From NCBI GenBank assembly GCA_963662465.1, contig OY759599.1:3968001-4032000 (forward strand): DNA of 64,000 bases, in the 5' to 3' direction. Position 1 is the stretch's first letter, and every line of letters starts with the position of its first letter. This stretch comes from Desulfatiglandales bacterium. GTDB taxonomy: Bacteria > Desulfobacterota > DSM-4660 > Desulfatiglandales > Desulfatiglandaceae. The notes beneath the pieces are model-generated. The model saw only the letters and a list, made by a program, of their open reading frames with translations. It did no database searches and was not told where the DNA came from. This document shows, piece after piece, positions 48,080 through 58,075 of this stretch. Made by a program: the position numbers and the translations under genes.

Positions 48080-50440
48080 CTATTTTTCCTTTTCTTCCTT
48101 TGCCTGAATGGCCTTGAACACCCGCTCGGGCGTCAGGGGCAACTCCTGAATCCTTACGCCGGTCGCATCGTAGAGCGCATTCAGAATAGCGGGAATGGTG
48201 GGCATAATGGCCCCTTCCCCCACCTCCTTGGCCCCAAAGGGACCATTGGGTTCATTGCTTTCCACAATGATGGCATTCACATTGGGCATATCCAGGGCCG
48301 TGGCAATCTTGTATTCACCCAGATTTGCATTCAGGATTTTGCCCTTATCATCGAATTTCACTTCCTCAAACATGGCCTCGCCCAATCCCATGGAAAGCGA
48401 CCCCTGCATCTGGGCTTCCACGGAGGTACGGTTGATGGCGAAACCACAGTCGTGGGCATCGGTCATACGATCGATGGTAATCTTCCCCGTGCCCTTGTCC
48501 ACGGTGACTTCCACCACCTGAGCGGAGGGTCCATAGGCCGGAGAAGTGCCCACCGCGGCGCCCTTGAACTTACCCCCCAGCTCCCCGGGTTTATAACTGC
48601 CGGTCCCTACCATGGACCCCCGTGTCAAATAAGCGATCCGGGCAGCCTCCTTGAAGGTGAGCGGTTCATCCGAACCCGGATTATCAAAAAAGCCCCGATG
48701 CTCCTTGGCATAAAGGGTTCGAATGCCGCTGAAATCAGGGGTTTCACCCTTAAACACGATGAATCCGTTTTTGATGTCCATCTGATCCACCGGCACTTTC
48801 AGCTTTTCACCCAGCACGTTCAGCACCTGGGACTTTAAATCCTCAGCGGCGCTCTTGGTGGCATGCCCCGTCATGAGGGTCTGACGGCTGGAATAGGCGC
48901 CCAGGTCCACGCTATAGTCCGTATCCCCGGAAGAAACCTTAATGTGATCCAGCGGCACCCCCAGGGCCTCGGCGGCAATCATGCCCATGGTGGTATCGCT
49001 TCCCTGGCCGATTTCAGCGCTTCCGGTCAAAACATGGGCCGTTCCCCCGTCCTCGTTCAACTTAATCACCACGGTGGAATGGGCTGTTTCCGATCGGTAA
49101 ATGGGATACCCCGCGCCTGAAACAAAGAAGCCCGTGGCAATGCCGATCCCTTTTCCCTCGGGCATTTTTCCCTTTTTCTCATTCCATTTGGACCCGTCTT
49201 TTACGGCTTGGATACATTCTTTCATGCCGAAACTGCTGGTATTGAAGTCGTTACAGGTAATATCGCCCGCTTCCATGGAGTTTTTCATTCTGATCTCCAC
49301 GGGGTCCATGCCCAACTCTTCGGCAATGAAATCAAGCTGCTGTTCCCAGGCAGCACGTGCCACGACCCCGCCATGGCCGCGCTGGGCCCCGCAGGCAGGC
49401 CGGTTGGTGAAATATCGATAGCCGTCATACTTCATATTGGGCAGCCGGTAGGGCGCCCCCAGAAGGGAACCCGCATAGTAAACGGTAGCAATCCCGAAAC
49501 TGCTATAAGCGCCCCCTTCCAGGGAACATTCGTTGGTCAAAGCCATGAGGGTGCCGTCTTTTTTGACGCCGGTGGTCAACGTATGCTTGAACTGATGCCT
49601 GGCCCTGGAAAACAGAAAGACCTGTTCGCGAGTAAAATTCATTTTCACCGGTTTGCCGGTCTTCATGGAAAGGAGGCACGATGCCAGTTCCATGGAATTG
49701 GTGCCGGCCTTGGGTCCGAAACCGCCGCCCACATAGGGCTTTTTCACCCGAACCTTGCCCACCGGAATGCCCAGCACCATCGCCACAATCCGCATGATAT
49801 AGTGGGGGACCTGGGTGGATGAATGGAGGGTTAAATACCCGTTGTAGTCAAAATCCGCCACCACGCCATTGGGCTCCAGGAAAGCGCCGTCCTGTCTTTT
49901 GTTCAAAAAGGTATCGGTTCGAATGAGGTCGCACTGAGCAAAGCCTTCCGCCACATTTCCGAATTCCTGATGGACTTCCGCACAGAGATTTCCGGGATAC
50001 TTATCATGGAGTTGCGGCGCGCCTTCCTTCATGGCGTCTTCCACCGTAAACACCGCCGGCAGTTCCTCATATTCCACGTCGATCAAAGACACGGCTTCAA
50101 GCGCCGTTTCCATATCCACCGCGGCAACGGCTGCAATTTCATCGCCGATATATCGCGCCCGGTCCTTTACAAAGAGTGTTTCGTCGTATCGTGCGGGACT
50201 GACGCCATAGGGCGTCATGCCCGCATCTTCAGCGGTCACCACTGATTTCACCCCGGGAAGTTTCCGGGCTTTGGAAGTGTCGATATTGCGGATCCCGGCG
50301 TGGGCCAGGGGGCTCTGCAACAAAGCGCCGTAGAGCATCCCGGGCAGTTTTATGTCATCCACATACATGGCGCGCCCAGTGGCCTTGGCAGGGGCATCCA
50401 GCCGGGGCGCACGTCCATTGATTACATGATATTCGGTCAT
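48080..50440 (-). CDS. Xanthine-oxidase-family molybdopterin subunit, 4-hydroxybenzoyl-CoA reductase alpha-like
   Basis: VGGGFG, QRGHG, EIGQG, GAYSSR, GAKEVGEG. Confidence 0.88.
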   Translation of the reverse strand: MTEYHVINGRAPRLDAPAKATGRAMYVDDIKLPGMLYGALLQSPLAHAGIRNIDTSKARKLPGVKSVVTAEDAGMTPYGVSPARYDETLFVKDRARYIGDEIAAVAAVDMETALEAVSLIDVEYEELPAVFTVEDAMKEGAPQLHDKYPGNLCAEVHQEFGNVAEGFAQCDLIRTDTFLNKRQDGAFLEPNGVVADFDYNGYLTLHSSTQVPHYIMRIVAMVLGIPVGKVRVKKPYVGGGFGPKAGTNSMELASCLLSMKTGKPVKMNFTREQVFLFSRARHQFKHTLTTGVKKDGTLMALTNECSLEGGAYSSFGIATVYYAGSLLGAPYRLPNMKYDGYRYFTNRPACGAQRGHGGVVARAAWEQQLDFIAEELGMDPVEIRMKNSMEAGDITCNDFNTSSFGMKECIQAVKDGSKWNEKKGKMPEGKGIGIATGFFVSGAGYPIYRSETAHSTVVIKLNEDGGTAHVLTGSAEIGQGSDTTMGMIAAEALGVPLDHIKVSSGDTDYSVDLGAYSSRQTLMTGHATKSAAEDLKSQVLNVLGEKLKVPVDQMDIKNGFIVFKGETPDFSGIRTLYAKEHRGFFDNPGSDEPLTFKEAARIAYLTRGSMVGTGSYKPGELGGKFKGAAVGTSPAYGPSAQVVEVTVDKGTGKITIDRMTDAHDCGFAINRTSVEAQMQGSLSMGLGEAMFEEVKFDDKGKILNANLGEYKIATALDMPNVNAIIVESNEPNGPFGAKEVGEGAIMPTIPAILNALYDATGVRIQELPLTPERVFKAIQAKEEKEK

Positions 50441-50443
50441 TGT

Positions 50444-50914
50444 TTATCTCCCTTCACTCACGTCCTTGATGGATTCCACAATCTTCTGATATCCGGTACA
50501 TCTGCAGAGATTCCCGGATATGGCCGTCCGGATCTCCAGTTCATCAGGTTTGGCATTTTTATCCAGAAGGCTTTTGGCGGAGAGCAGCATACCAGACGTA
50601 CAAAATCCGCACTGAATAGCGCCGTTTTCAATGAATTTTGCCTGCAAGGGGTGCAGACCGTCCTCCGTCTCCAGACCCTCCACCGTGGTAATCTCCTTGC
50701 CCGAAGCCTGAACAGCCAGCACCAGACAGGAGTTGACGGCTTTTCCATTCATAAGTACGGTGCATGAACCGCAATCTCCCAATTCACATCCTTTTTTTGT
50801 TCCCGTCAGTAAAAGCTCTTCCCTGAGAAGGTCCGCCAAGGTCATATTAGGCGCCGCGGCCAACTCATATTCCTTGCCGTTTATGGTAAGGCAGATCATC
50901 TTTTTCATGGTCAT
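50444..50914 (-). CDS. [2Fe-2S] subunit (HcrC/CoxS-like)
   Basis: GCELGDCGSC, QCGFCTSG, NLCRCTGY. Confidence 0.93.
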   Translation of the reverse strand: MTMKKMICLTINGKEYELAAAPNMTLADLLREELLLTGTKKGCELGDCGSCTVLMNGKAVNSCLVLAVQASGKEITTVEGLETEDGLHPLQAKFIENGAIQCGFCTSGMLLSAKSLLDKNAKPDELEIRTAISGNLCRCTGYQKIVESIKDVSEGR

Positions 50915-50985
50915 TCTCCCTTTTCTTTCTGCGATCGCTGTTTTTATATGCTGTCATCGCCTGAATCACTTCAAAAAGCGATCAT

Positions 50986-51864
50986 CTATGCGTTGCGCGC
51001 ACGGTCATAGGCTTTGGCTAAAGCCCTTCGGGTCAATTCCTTGACCATAGCCCGCTTGTAGTCGGCGGACGCCCTGAAATCATCGATAGGCCTGCTATCC
51101 ATGGCCGCGGCCGCTCCCGCCGCCAGAAAAAGAGCATCGGAAGGCTTTTCCCCCAGAAGGGTTTTTTCAGCGGATGGGGCCAAGAGCGGCGTAGGCCCTA
51201 CGGAGCCCATTACAACCCGCGCGGCTTTAATGGGACCATCAGCACCATCAAGGGTTATGGTAACCGCCACGTTCACCAGGGAGATCTCCAGGGCTTCCCG
51301 GATACCCAGTTTGAGATAGGCACTCCCGGAATAGGCTTCCGGTTTTGAAAGCACGATGGCTTCAAGGATCTCCGAAGACGTTATCACGGTCCGGCCCGGC
51401 GCCTGAATGAAATCCGCCAATGCCACAGTGCGTTCACCATCGCTGCTTTTTAAAACGGCCTTTGCCCCATAGGCGATCAGGGACGGCGGGAAATCCGCGG
51501 CCGGTCTTGCGGATACCAGGTTTCCACCGATGGTGGCAAGATTCCGGATCAGCGGCGAGCCCAGCTTGGACGCCCCTTCCGCCAACGCCGGGAAATCCCC
51601 TTTGACCACATCCGATTCCGCAATTTCGGACGCTTTGACGCACGCCCCGATCCGCAGGGTTCCGTTTGAAGGCCCCAGTTGGGCCAGCAATTCGACCCGA
51701 TCCAGTGATACCAAATGCTCCGGCGTCAACAGTTTCTTTTTCATGTTGACGAACAAATCAGTGCCGCCGGCAAGGGTTTTGGCCTTTTCGCCCAATTCGC
51801 CAACCATCCGGCAGGCCTCTTCGACCGTTATCGGCTCATGGAATTCAAATCTTGGTAAAAGCAT
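50986..51864 (-). CDS. FAD-binding subunit (HcrB/CoxM-like)
   Basis: AGGTDL, IRNLATIGGNL, IDDFRAS. Confidence 0.92.
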   Translation of the reverse strand: MLLPRFEFHEPITVEEACRMVGELGEKAKTLAGGTDLFVNMKKKLLTPEHLVSLDRVELLAQLGPSNGTLRIGACVKASEIAESDVVKGDFPALAEGASKLGSPLIRNLATIGGNLVSARPAADFPPSLIAYGAKAVLKSSDGERTVALADFIQAPGRTVITSSEILEAIVLSKPEAYSGSAYLKLGIREALEISLVNVAVTITLDGADGPIKAARVVMGSVGPTPLLAPSAEKTLLGEKPSDALFLAAGAAAAMDSRPIDDFRASADYKRAMVKELTRRALAKAYDRARNA

Positions 51865-51949
51865 TTTCCCCTCCTGATTTTCTTGGGACTTCAACACGCT
51901 TGTCCCGGTTTATGTTGAAACGACCCAAGCGCCATCACACGCTTAAACC

Positions 51950-51965
51950 GTTCTGCATCGTGAAC
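51950..51965. promoter_or_regulatory. Candidate IclR operator (GTTC-N8-GAAC)
   Basis: GTTCTGCATCGTGAAC; the motif recurs at 52116 and 58235. Confidence 0.5.
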
Positions 51966-52115
51966 CCAAATTTCCCTGGAAGGATACCATACCGGTAAAC
52001 CATGTCAAGCGGAAATAGGGGTAAAAATCAATTCATGCTGCTTTTTTTACTGTTTTTTTTAAATCAATATCCCGGTTGACAAATGATGCCGCACAGGATA
52101 GGATCAACGACAAAA

Positions 52116-52131
52116 GTTCAGCGAGGTGAAC
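52116..52131. promoter_or_regulatory. Candidate IclR autoregulatory operator
   Basis: GTTCAGCGAGGTGAAC overlapping the iclR RBS. Confidence 0.5.
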
Positions 52132-52134
52132 GCT

Positions 52135-52905
52135 ATGGCCGGAAAATATCAAGCCCCCTCCGTCAGGAAGGCATTTCACATGCTCAGGCTCATATCCAAA
52201 GCCAACCAGGGGTTGGGGATCAGCCACCTGGCAAACCGCATGGAGATCAGCAAGGGAACGGTTCACGGCATTATCAGCGCCCTGGAAGATCTGGGCGCTC
52301 TCATCAGGGATCCTTCCTCAAAAAAATATACCCTTGGCCCTACGCTTTTTGAACTGGGAAAATCCGCTTATGCCGAGCTTGACCTGCGAGACCTTGCCCG
52401 GCAACCCATGGAAAGACTGATGCAGCAGACCAGCACATCGGTCTTCGTGGGAATTCCGAACGGGGACCGCGTCACCATTCTGGACGTCGTCGAATCCAAC
52501 CGGAATCTTAAGATCACAGCCCCCCGCGGGAGTACCGTGCCTTTTCTGGCCGGCGCCATCGGAAAAATTTTCCTGGCAGCCATGGATGAGGAAAAAGCCT
52601 TAAATATCATTAATAAAAATGGGATTCCAAGGTTTACGGAAAACACCATTACGGACCCGGAGCAGTATCTCCTTCACATCCGACGCGCCAGGCAAGAGGG
52701 GTATGCGGACGACGACGAAGAGTATATCGCCGGCGTCCGTGCCGCGGCGGCCCCCATCATGGGAAAACAAGGCATATTGTCGGCCATCTGGGCGGTAGGG
52801 TTTAAAACGGCCCTTGACGATGAAAAAATGTCGGACCTGATCAACGCGATCCAGGAAGCAGCTCAGGAAATCAACGCCCGGGTCAGGGAACACCCACTGC
52901 TATAG
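52135..52905 (+). CDS. IclR-family regulator
   Basis: SVRKAF..L, KGTVHGII, AIGKIFLA, FTENTITD, GVRAAAAPI. Confidence 0.93.
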   Translation: MAGKYQAPSVRKAFHMLRLISKANQGLGISHLANRMEISKGTVHGIISALEDLGALIRDPSSKKYTLGPTLFELGKSAYAELDLRDLARQPMERLMQQTSTSVFVGIPNGDRVTILDVVESNRNLKITAPRGSTVPFLAGAIGKIFLAAMDEEKALNIINKNGIPRFTENTITDPEQYLLHIRRARQEGYADDDEEYIAGVRAAAAPIMGKQGILSAIWAVGFKTALDDEKMSDLINAIQEAAQEINARVREHPLL

Positions 52906-52988
52906 AACCTTGTTTCCTAAAAACCTGTCATAAGAAATAAGAAATCCATTGACAGAAGAACTTAAAACTTAAAACCGCGGCTTGCCGC

Positions 52989-53675
52989 TTACCCCTCCCA
53001 CCGTCTGAACAGATCATGCTCAATTCCCATGTAATCAAAGACCTTGCCGATGGTTTGGTCAATAATATCCTGAATGGTTTTGGGTTGATGGTAAAATGAA
53101 GGTACGGGGGGCAGAATATGCGCCCCCATGTCCGCCGCCATGGTCATCAGCCGGAGATGCCCCTTGTGAAGGGGGGTCTCCCTGACCACCAGAACCAGCT
53201 TTCGACCCTCTTTCAAATTGACATCCGCGGCCCGAACCAGCAAATTGCTGGTGTATGAATTGGCAATGCCGGAAAGGGTCTTGATGGTACAGGGAACCAC
53301 CACCATGCCGCAGGTCAAAAAAGAACCGCTGGCCAGTGCCGCGCCCACATCCCGGTCCTCATACACCTTATCCGCCATGGCTTCCACCTCGCCGGCAGTG
53401 TATTCCGTCTCGATCTCGATGTTTCGCCTTCCGGAGTCGGAAATAATGAGATGGGTTTCAAAATCCGTTTCCCTGAGCAAACCGAGCATTCTCACGCCAT
53501 ATATGACGCCGCTTGCACCGGCAATCCCCACCACCAGCCTTTTGGATTGATGATTGTTGATTGTTGATTGTTGATTGATGATGCGCCCCCCCTTTTGGAT
53601 TGTTGACTGTTGATTGATGATTGCCCTACAAGAAAAACCTAAAAGCGTGCCTGAACGAGGTTTTCGTTCAGGCAC
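52989..53675 (-). CDS. ubiX: Flavin prenyltransferase UbiX (start obscured by repeats)
   Basis: GIAGASG, ASGS, RAADV.LKEGR, RETPL, PPVPSFY. Confidence 0.9.
   Translation of the reverse strand: MPERKPRSGTLLGFSCRAIINQQSTIQKGGRIINQQSTINNHQSKRLVVGIAGASGVIYGVRMLGLLRETDFETHLIISDSGRRNIEIETEYTAGEVEAMADKVYEDRDVGAALASGSFLTCGMVVVPCTIKTLSGIANSYTSNLLVRAADVNLKEGRKLVLVVRETPLHKGHLRLMTMAADMGAHILPPVPSFYHQPKTIQDIIDQTIGKVFDYMGIEHDLFRRWEG
53545..53623. repeat. (GATTGTT)n heptamer tracts at the ubiX 5' end
   Basis: Two tracts; the same unit occurs at 10129-10161. Confidence 0.8.
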
Positions 53676-53681
53676 ACCATA

Positions 53682-54908
53682 TCAAAAAATCTTCAACGCG
53701 ACATCAATAACCGCTTCAGCGAAGGCCGGATCCTCCATATTGGCATCCACCTCCGTGATGGGAATGTTCGGATTCAACTTCTCTCGGAGTACCGCTGTAA
53801 ATACCCGGTCTTCCTCCGGATCGAAAGTGGCGTTTCCCGGATAATCCGCCCCGGACCAACCCTTTTGGGGCACCATCACCCGCACCGGCCCTTTCGCCCG
53901 GTTCAGTTTTTCCGCAAATGCCGCCGCTACCTGTTTCAACTCGTCAGGAGAAAGCCTGATCCAGGTACGGAGTTTATCCAGGTCATATTTCCTGCGCTCA
54001 TGGTATTCGGGTTTGTATTTGCGTTTGGAAGGGGTCATATGATTGACGCTGCAGGTGGAAATGATCTGCGGCACGCCCGCGTTGCCGGCGGCCTCCATCC
54101 GGTGAGGGCCCGCATCCCTCATGAACCCGAAGAGATGTTCGCCCACGCCTCCCGGCGCCAGATCGATCACCCCCTGAAAAAGGCCTGCCGCCATCATTTC
54201 TTCCATGGCGCGATCGCTGATGCCGGCCGCTGAAAAACCGGTTACCTGGTAGCCTTTCCCTTCCAGGGCCTTTCGAACCGAACTGGCGCACTGCTCGCAG
54301 GGCCCCAGCATGGTCATGGCAATGGATTTTGCCGTTTCAGCCCGGGATGATGTCACCACACTCTGAAGCATACCGGCCAGGGCGCAGGCGGCCCGGTCCA
54401 TGACATTTTTCAAGAGATCCGTCACCCCTGCTATTTCGATGACCGAATGAAACAGGATGATATCCCCTGTGCCGATGTACCGGGTGGAGAGCCCGGGTAG
54501 CGCCGCTGTTGAGGAAATCATGAGCTTGGGAAGACCAAAGGGGAGGGACCGCATGACTTCGGTGGCCATCAGACTTCCGGTGGACCCCCCCATGGCAATC
54601 ACCCCATGCAGCTTCCCCTGGGCAAACAGGTCGCCTGCGATTTTGGACGCCCCTTTAATGGTAATATTCGTGTTTTTAGCGCGATCCCTGGAGGCGTGTA
54701 TCTCTTCCAGACTGCTCCCCCCGGCTTCGGCAACCTGCGCCGGGGTAATATCCGCCGGAGATGCCCCTTTCCCCCGCATGGAAATATCCATGAGCAGGGG
54801 GGTAACCCCAAGGGACAAAATCTTGTCCCTCAGGTACAGGGTCTCAACGCCTTTGGTATCCAGGGTGGAAATAATCAAGGCTGTTTTCGGGTTTGAATTT
54901 TCCATCAA
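53682..54908 (-). CDS. Tm-1-like ATP-binding domain protein (UPF0261)
   Basis: STLDTKGVE, GGSTGS, MRSLPFGLPKLMISS, EKLN..KGPV. Confidence 0.85.
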   Translation of the reverse strand: MMENSNPKTALIISTLDTKGVETLYLRDKILSLGVTPLLMDISMRGKGASPADITPAQVAEAGGSSLEEIHASRDRAKNTNITIKGASKIAGDLFAQGKLHGVIAMGGSTGSLMATEVMRSLPFGLPKLMISSTAALPGLSTRYIGTGDIILFHSVIEIAGVTDLLKNVMDRAACALAGMLQSVVTSSRAETAKSIAMTMLGPCEQCASSVRKALEGKGYQVTGFSAAGISDRAMEEMMAAGLFQGVIDLAPGGVGEHLFGFMRDAGPHRMEAAGNAGVPQIISTCSVNHMTPSKRKYKPEYHERRKYDLDKLRTWIRLSPDELKQVAAAFAEKLNRAKGPVRVMVPQKGWSGADYPGNATFDPEEDRVFTAVLREKLNPNIPITEVDANMEDPAFAEAVIDVALKIF

Positions 54909-56560
54909 CCCTGCTCCGCCTCGACTTTTTCTTTAATCATCTTTTTCAATGTTTCCTTGTTGACCTTGCCGGAATCCCCCACCGCCGGGAATTCGGCCAC
55001 CACTTCCAGACGTTCCGGGAGTTTAAACATGGCCAGTTGCTTTTCTTTCAAAAAAGCCAGCATTTCATCAAAGGTAAAGGTTTCACCCGGCTTGGGAATC
55101 ACGTAAGCGGCGCACTTCTCTCCCATGGCCCGATCCGGATACCCCACAATGGCCACGGATGAGACCTTGGGATGCTCATTGAGCAGACCTTCCACTTCCG
55201 CGGGATAGATGTTCTGACCGCCGCGAATGATCATATCCTTGGCACGACCCATGATCCAGAGGCAGCCCTGGTCGAAACACACGATGTCTTCGGTGGTACA
55301 CCATCCGTCTTCATCAAACACCGTGGCCGTCAATTCCTCGTCCCGGTAATATCCGGCCGGTGCGTGGGGGCCTCTTAAATAGAGAATTCCCGGATCGCCC
55401 TCGGGCACCACATTCCCCTCTTCATCCACAAGACGCACCTTGTTGCCGGGGAGCATTCGGCCCACGGTCCGCCGCCTGAGTTCCTTGGAATCTTCCACGC
55501 TGCAACCGGAGACAGACCCCTTGTCCTGGGTGCCCAGGTCGCTGGTAATACTGGCCCCGAAAGCCTCTTCCGCTTCTTCCGCCACCTGGGGAGACAGATA
55601 TCCGCCGGCAGACCGAATAAACCGCAGGGAACTCAGATCATATTTTTTAACATCCGCTTCCAGCATCCGCACCAGATGGGTGGGCACCACGCCGATGGCC
55701 GTGGCTTTTTCCTTCTCGATGAGGGCCAGTGCCCCTTCGGGTGTAAATTCCTCAAGCATGACGGTCTTGGCGCCGGCAATGGGGGCCGCAAAATAGGTGA
55801 GGGTTCCGGCTGCCCCACCCGCATGGGGCGCTATGGCCATGGTGATGTCATCTTTATTGAGATTCCAGATGCCCACCCGACCCTTGGAGGTGCAAACCCG
55901 GGGCGCTGTCGGCCATTCCACCAGCTTGGGAATTCCCGTAGTGCCGCTGGTGGTGGTCAACAATGCCACATCCCATTTGGCATCCAACCGTCGGTCGTTT
56001 AAGACCGCTTCGTCTATGGGCTTTTGCATCCGTTCTTCCACCATTTGAACCACCGAATAGGTCCCTTCCGGGGCGCCTTCGGGAACCTTATCGTCAAACA
56101 GGAAAAAGTATTTCAAGTGAGAGAAGCGTTTCTGAAGATCCTTGTACATGTCCAAATAATTGAATTTGTGATAGACTTCCGGGATTACCACGGCCGCGGC
56201 CTCGGTTTTCTCCAACATGTACTCCAACTCCCGCTGTCGCAGATAGGGATAAACCGTGAGAGAGATGAGGCCCGCCCGTTCACAGGCAACCCGGGCCAGG
56301 AATCCGTAAACGCTGTTGGGGGACTGGATAATGACCCTGGCCGATTTGGGAATGCCCATTTCCACCCAGGACATGGCCATGGCATCCACCATCTTTTTGG
56401 CCTGGGCCCAGGTCACGCGATATTTGGAATCCACCAGCGCTTCCTGGTCGGGCATTTCCCTGGCGTTGCGATCATAAAAATCATAGAATAATTCTTCGGT
56501 CCAGTGTCCGTCATCTAAGAATTCCTGCACCATTTTTTCTTTATATCGAATCGGTTTCAT
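54905..56560 (-). CDS. Aryl/acyl-CoA ligase (AMP-binding)
   Basis: TTSGTTGIPK, GRAKDMIIRGGQNIYP, FKLPERL. Confidence 0.92.
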   Translation of the reverse strand: MKPIRYKEKMVQEFLDDGHWTEELFYDFYDRNAREMPDQEALVDSKYRVTWAQAKKMVDAMAMSWVEMGIPKSARVIIQSPNSVYGFLARVACERAGLISLTVYPYLRQRELEYMLEKTEAAAVVIPEVYHKFNYLDMYKDLQKRFSHLKYFFLFDDKVPEGAPEGTYSVVQMVEERMQKPIDEAVLNDRRLDAKWDVALLTTTSGTTGIPKLVEWPTAPRVCTSKGRVGIWNLNKDDITMAIAPHAGGAAGTLTYFAAPIAGAKTVMLEEFTPEGALALIEKEKATAIGVVPTHLVRMLEADVKKYDLSSLRFIRSAGGYLSPQVAEEAEEAFGASITSDLGTQDKGSVSGCSVEDSKELRRRTVGRMLPGNKVRLVDEEGNVVPEGDPGILYLRGPHAPAGYYRDEELTATVFDEDGWCTTEDIVCFDQGCLWIMGRAKDMIIRGGQNIYPAEVEGLLNEHPKVSSVAIVGYPDRAMGEKCAAYVIPKPGETFTFDEMLAFLKEKQLAMFKLPERLEVVAEFPAVGDSGKVNKETLKKMIKEKVEAEQG

Positions 56561-56581
56561 GTGACGCCTCCCTAATAATCA

Positions 56582-56620
56582 GGTAATGGGGTAATCGGTA
56601 ATGAGGTAATGGGTAATGGG
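56582..56620. repeat. GGTAAT(N)-type short tandem repeat
   Basis: GGTAATGG GGTAATC GGTAATGA GGTAATG GGTAATGGG. Confidence 0.7.
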
Positions 56621-56665
56621 CGACAGGCCCGAAATGCACGACCCGTCGCCCATATGTCGGAAATC

Positions 56666-58075
56666 CTAAAATCCCAGCTCGGACCAGCGGCCCTTGACCT
56701 TGGCGACCATATCCGGATCCAGAACAATGGGGATGGGTTTGTCTTTCCATTCATAGGGGATGGTGGCATCGAGAAGCAACCTGCCCGTAATCTCCCGGCT
56801 CTCAATGGGCAGAGAGGGATCCAGAGGTGTGGATCGGCCCCGTTTGATGACCTGGCTTCGGTTGGGCTGGAACCGGAAACTCAAGGCGTACATGACCCTG
56901 GGGATATCCCAGGCATCGATGTCGTCGTCCACCACGATAACGGTCTTGAGACCGTAGGCCCCCATTTCCGTCGAAATGGCTGCGGTCAGCACCTGATCGG
57001 CGTGACCCGGGTACTTGGTCTCCACGGAGATAATGGCCAGAAACCGTCCGGAACCTTCGGGCGGGCAATAAACGCTCTTGATCCCGGGGATCCGCATCTC
57101 ATCGGTCAACTGCTGCCACAGGGTGGCGCCGTAGGAAAGGGCCATGACCATATGGGTGTCGGTGACGGCCCGACCCACCGTGGTGGAATACATGATGGGA
57201 TTGTCGCGGTGGGTGATGCACTTGATGTCCATAAAGTTTCTGGGATCAGTCCCCACGCCGGAATAGTATCCGGTGTACTCGCCGAAGGGGCCTTCATCCA
57301 TGAATTTTTCGGGATCACACAAGCCTTCCAGTACGATCTCCGCATGGGCGGGAATAGGAAGATCCACGGTTTCTCCCTGGACCACTTCGCAGGCCTCGCC
57401 GCGAATGGAACCATAAACATCGTATTCGCTGATGTTGGCCGAAACCCTGGCAGCGCCCAGGATAAACAGGAGAGGATCGCAGCCAATGATGGAAGCGCAG
57501 GGCATGGGTTTTCCCATTTTCTGGTATTTTTTCAGCATCTGGTCCGCATGTTTCCCTTTAATAAACTGGGTTCCGATTTTGTTTTTGCCCAGCAACTGGC
57601 TTCTGTAGGTTCCCAGGTTCACCCACCCGGAATCGGGATCCTTGGTGATAATAAAATGGGCCGTCCCGATAAATCGTCCACCGTCCAGGGGGAAGAAATG
57701 GGGCACGGGAAACTTGTAAAGATCCACATCGTCGCCCATGATGATATTCTGTTTGCAGGGCGCGTCTTTTTTCTCCACCATTTTGGGAGGAATGGGGTTT
57801 CGGCCCATGTTCACCCACCCTCGCAGAATCTCCGGAAGCGGCGTATCCTTGGGCATTCCCAGGATGAGGGCCAATTTCTGGGCGGAGGTGCAGGTACTGG
57901 TAATCACCGGGGTATCATAGTCCTTGACATTTTCAAAGAGAAGCGCCGGACCTTGGGCTTCCTCATTGAGCTTGGCAATGTGGCTTAACTCGAGGTTCCA
58001 GTCCACTTCCGCGGTGATTCTCTTCAGTTCGCCTTCCTTTTCGGCCAGTTCAATAAAATCTCGCATGCTTTTCAT
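56666..58075 (-). CDS. ppcB: UbiD-family (de)carboxylase, phenylphosphate carboxylase beta-subunit-like
   Basis: EVDWNLELSH, FFPLDGGR, NLGTYR, EGPFGEYTGYY, IKRGRSTPLDP and IPYEWK recall PpcB (from memory). UbiD family is secure; the exact substrate is not. Confidence 0.75.
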   Translation of the reverse strand: MKSMRDFIELAEKEGELKRITAEVDWNLELSHIAKLNEEAQGPALLFENVKDYDTPVITSTCTSAQKLALILGMPKDTPLPEILRGWVNMGRNPIPPKMVEKKDAPCKQNIIMGDDVDLYKFPVPHFFPLDGGRFIGTAHFIITKDPDSGWVNLGTYRSQLLGKNKIGTQFIKGKHADQMLKKYQKMGKPMPCASIIGCDPLLFILGAARVSANISEYDVYGSIRGEACEVVQGETVDLPIPAHAEIVLEGLCDPEKFMDEGPFGEYTGYYSGVGTDPRNFMDIKCITHRDNPIMYSTTVGRAVTDTHMVMALSYGATLWQQLTDEMRIPGIKSVYCPPEGSGRFLAIISVETKYPGHADQVLTAAISTEMGAYGLKTVIVVDDDIDAWDIPRVMYALSFRFQPNRSQVIKRGRSTPLDPSLPIESREITGRLLLDATIPYEWKDKPIPIVLDPDMVAKVKGRWSELGF

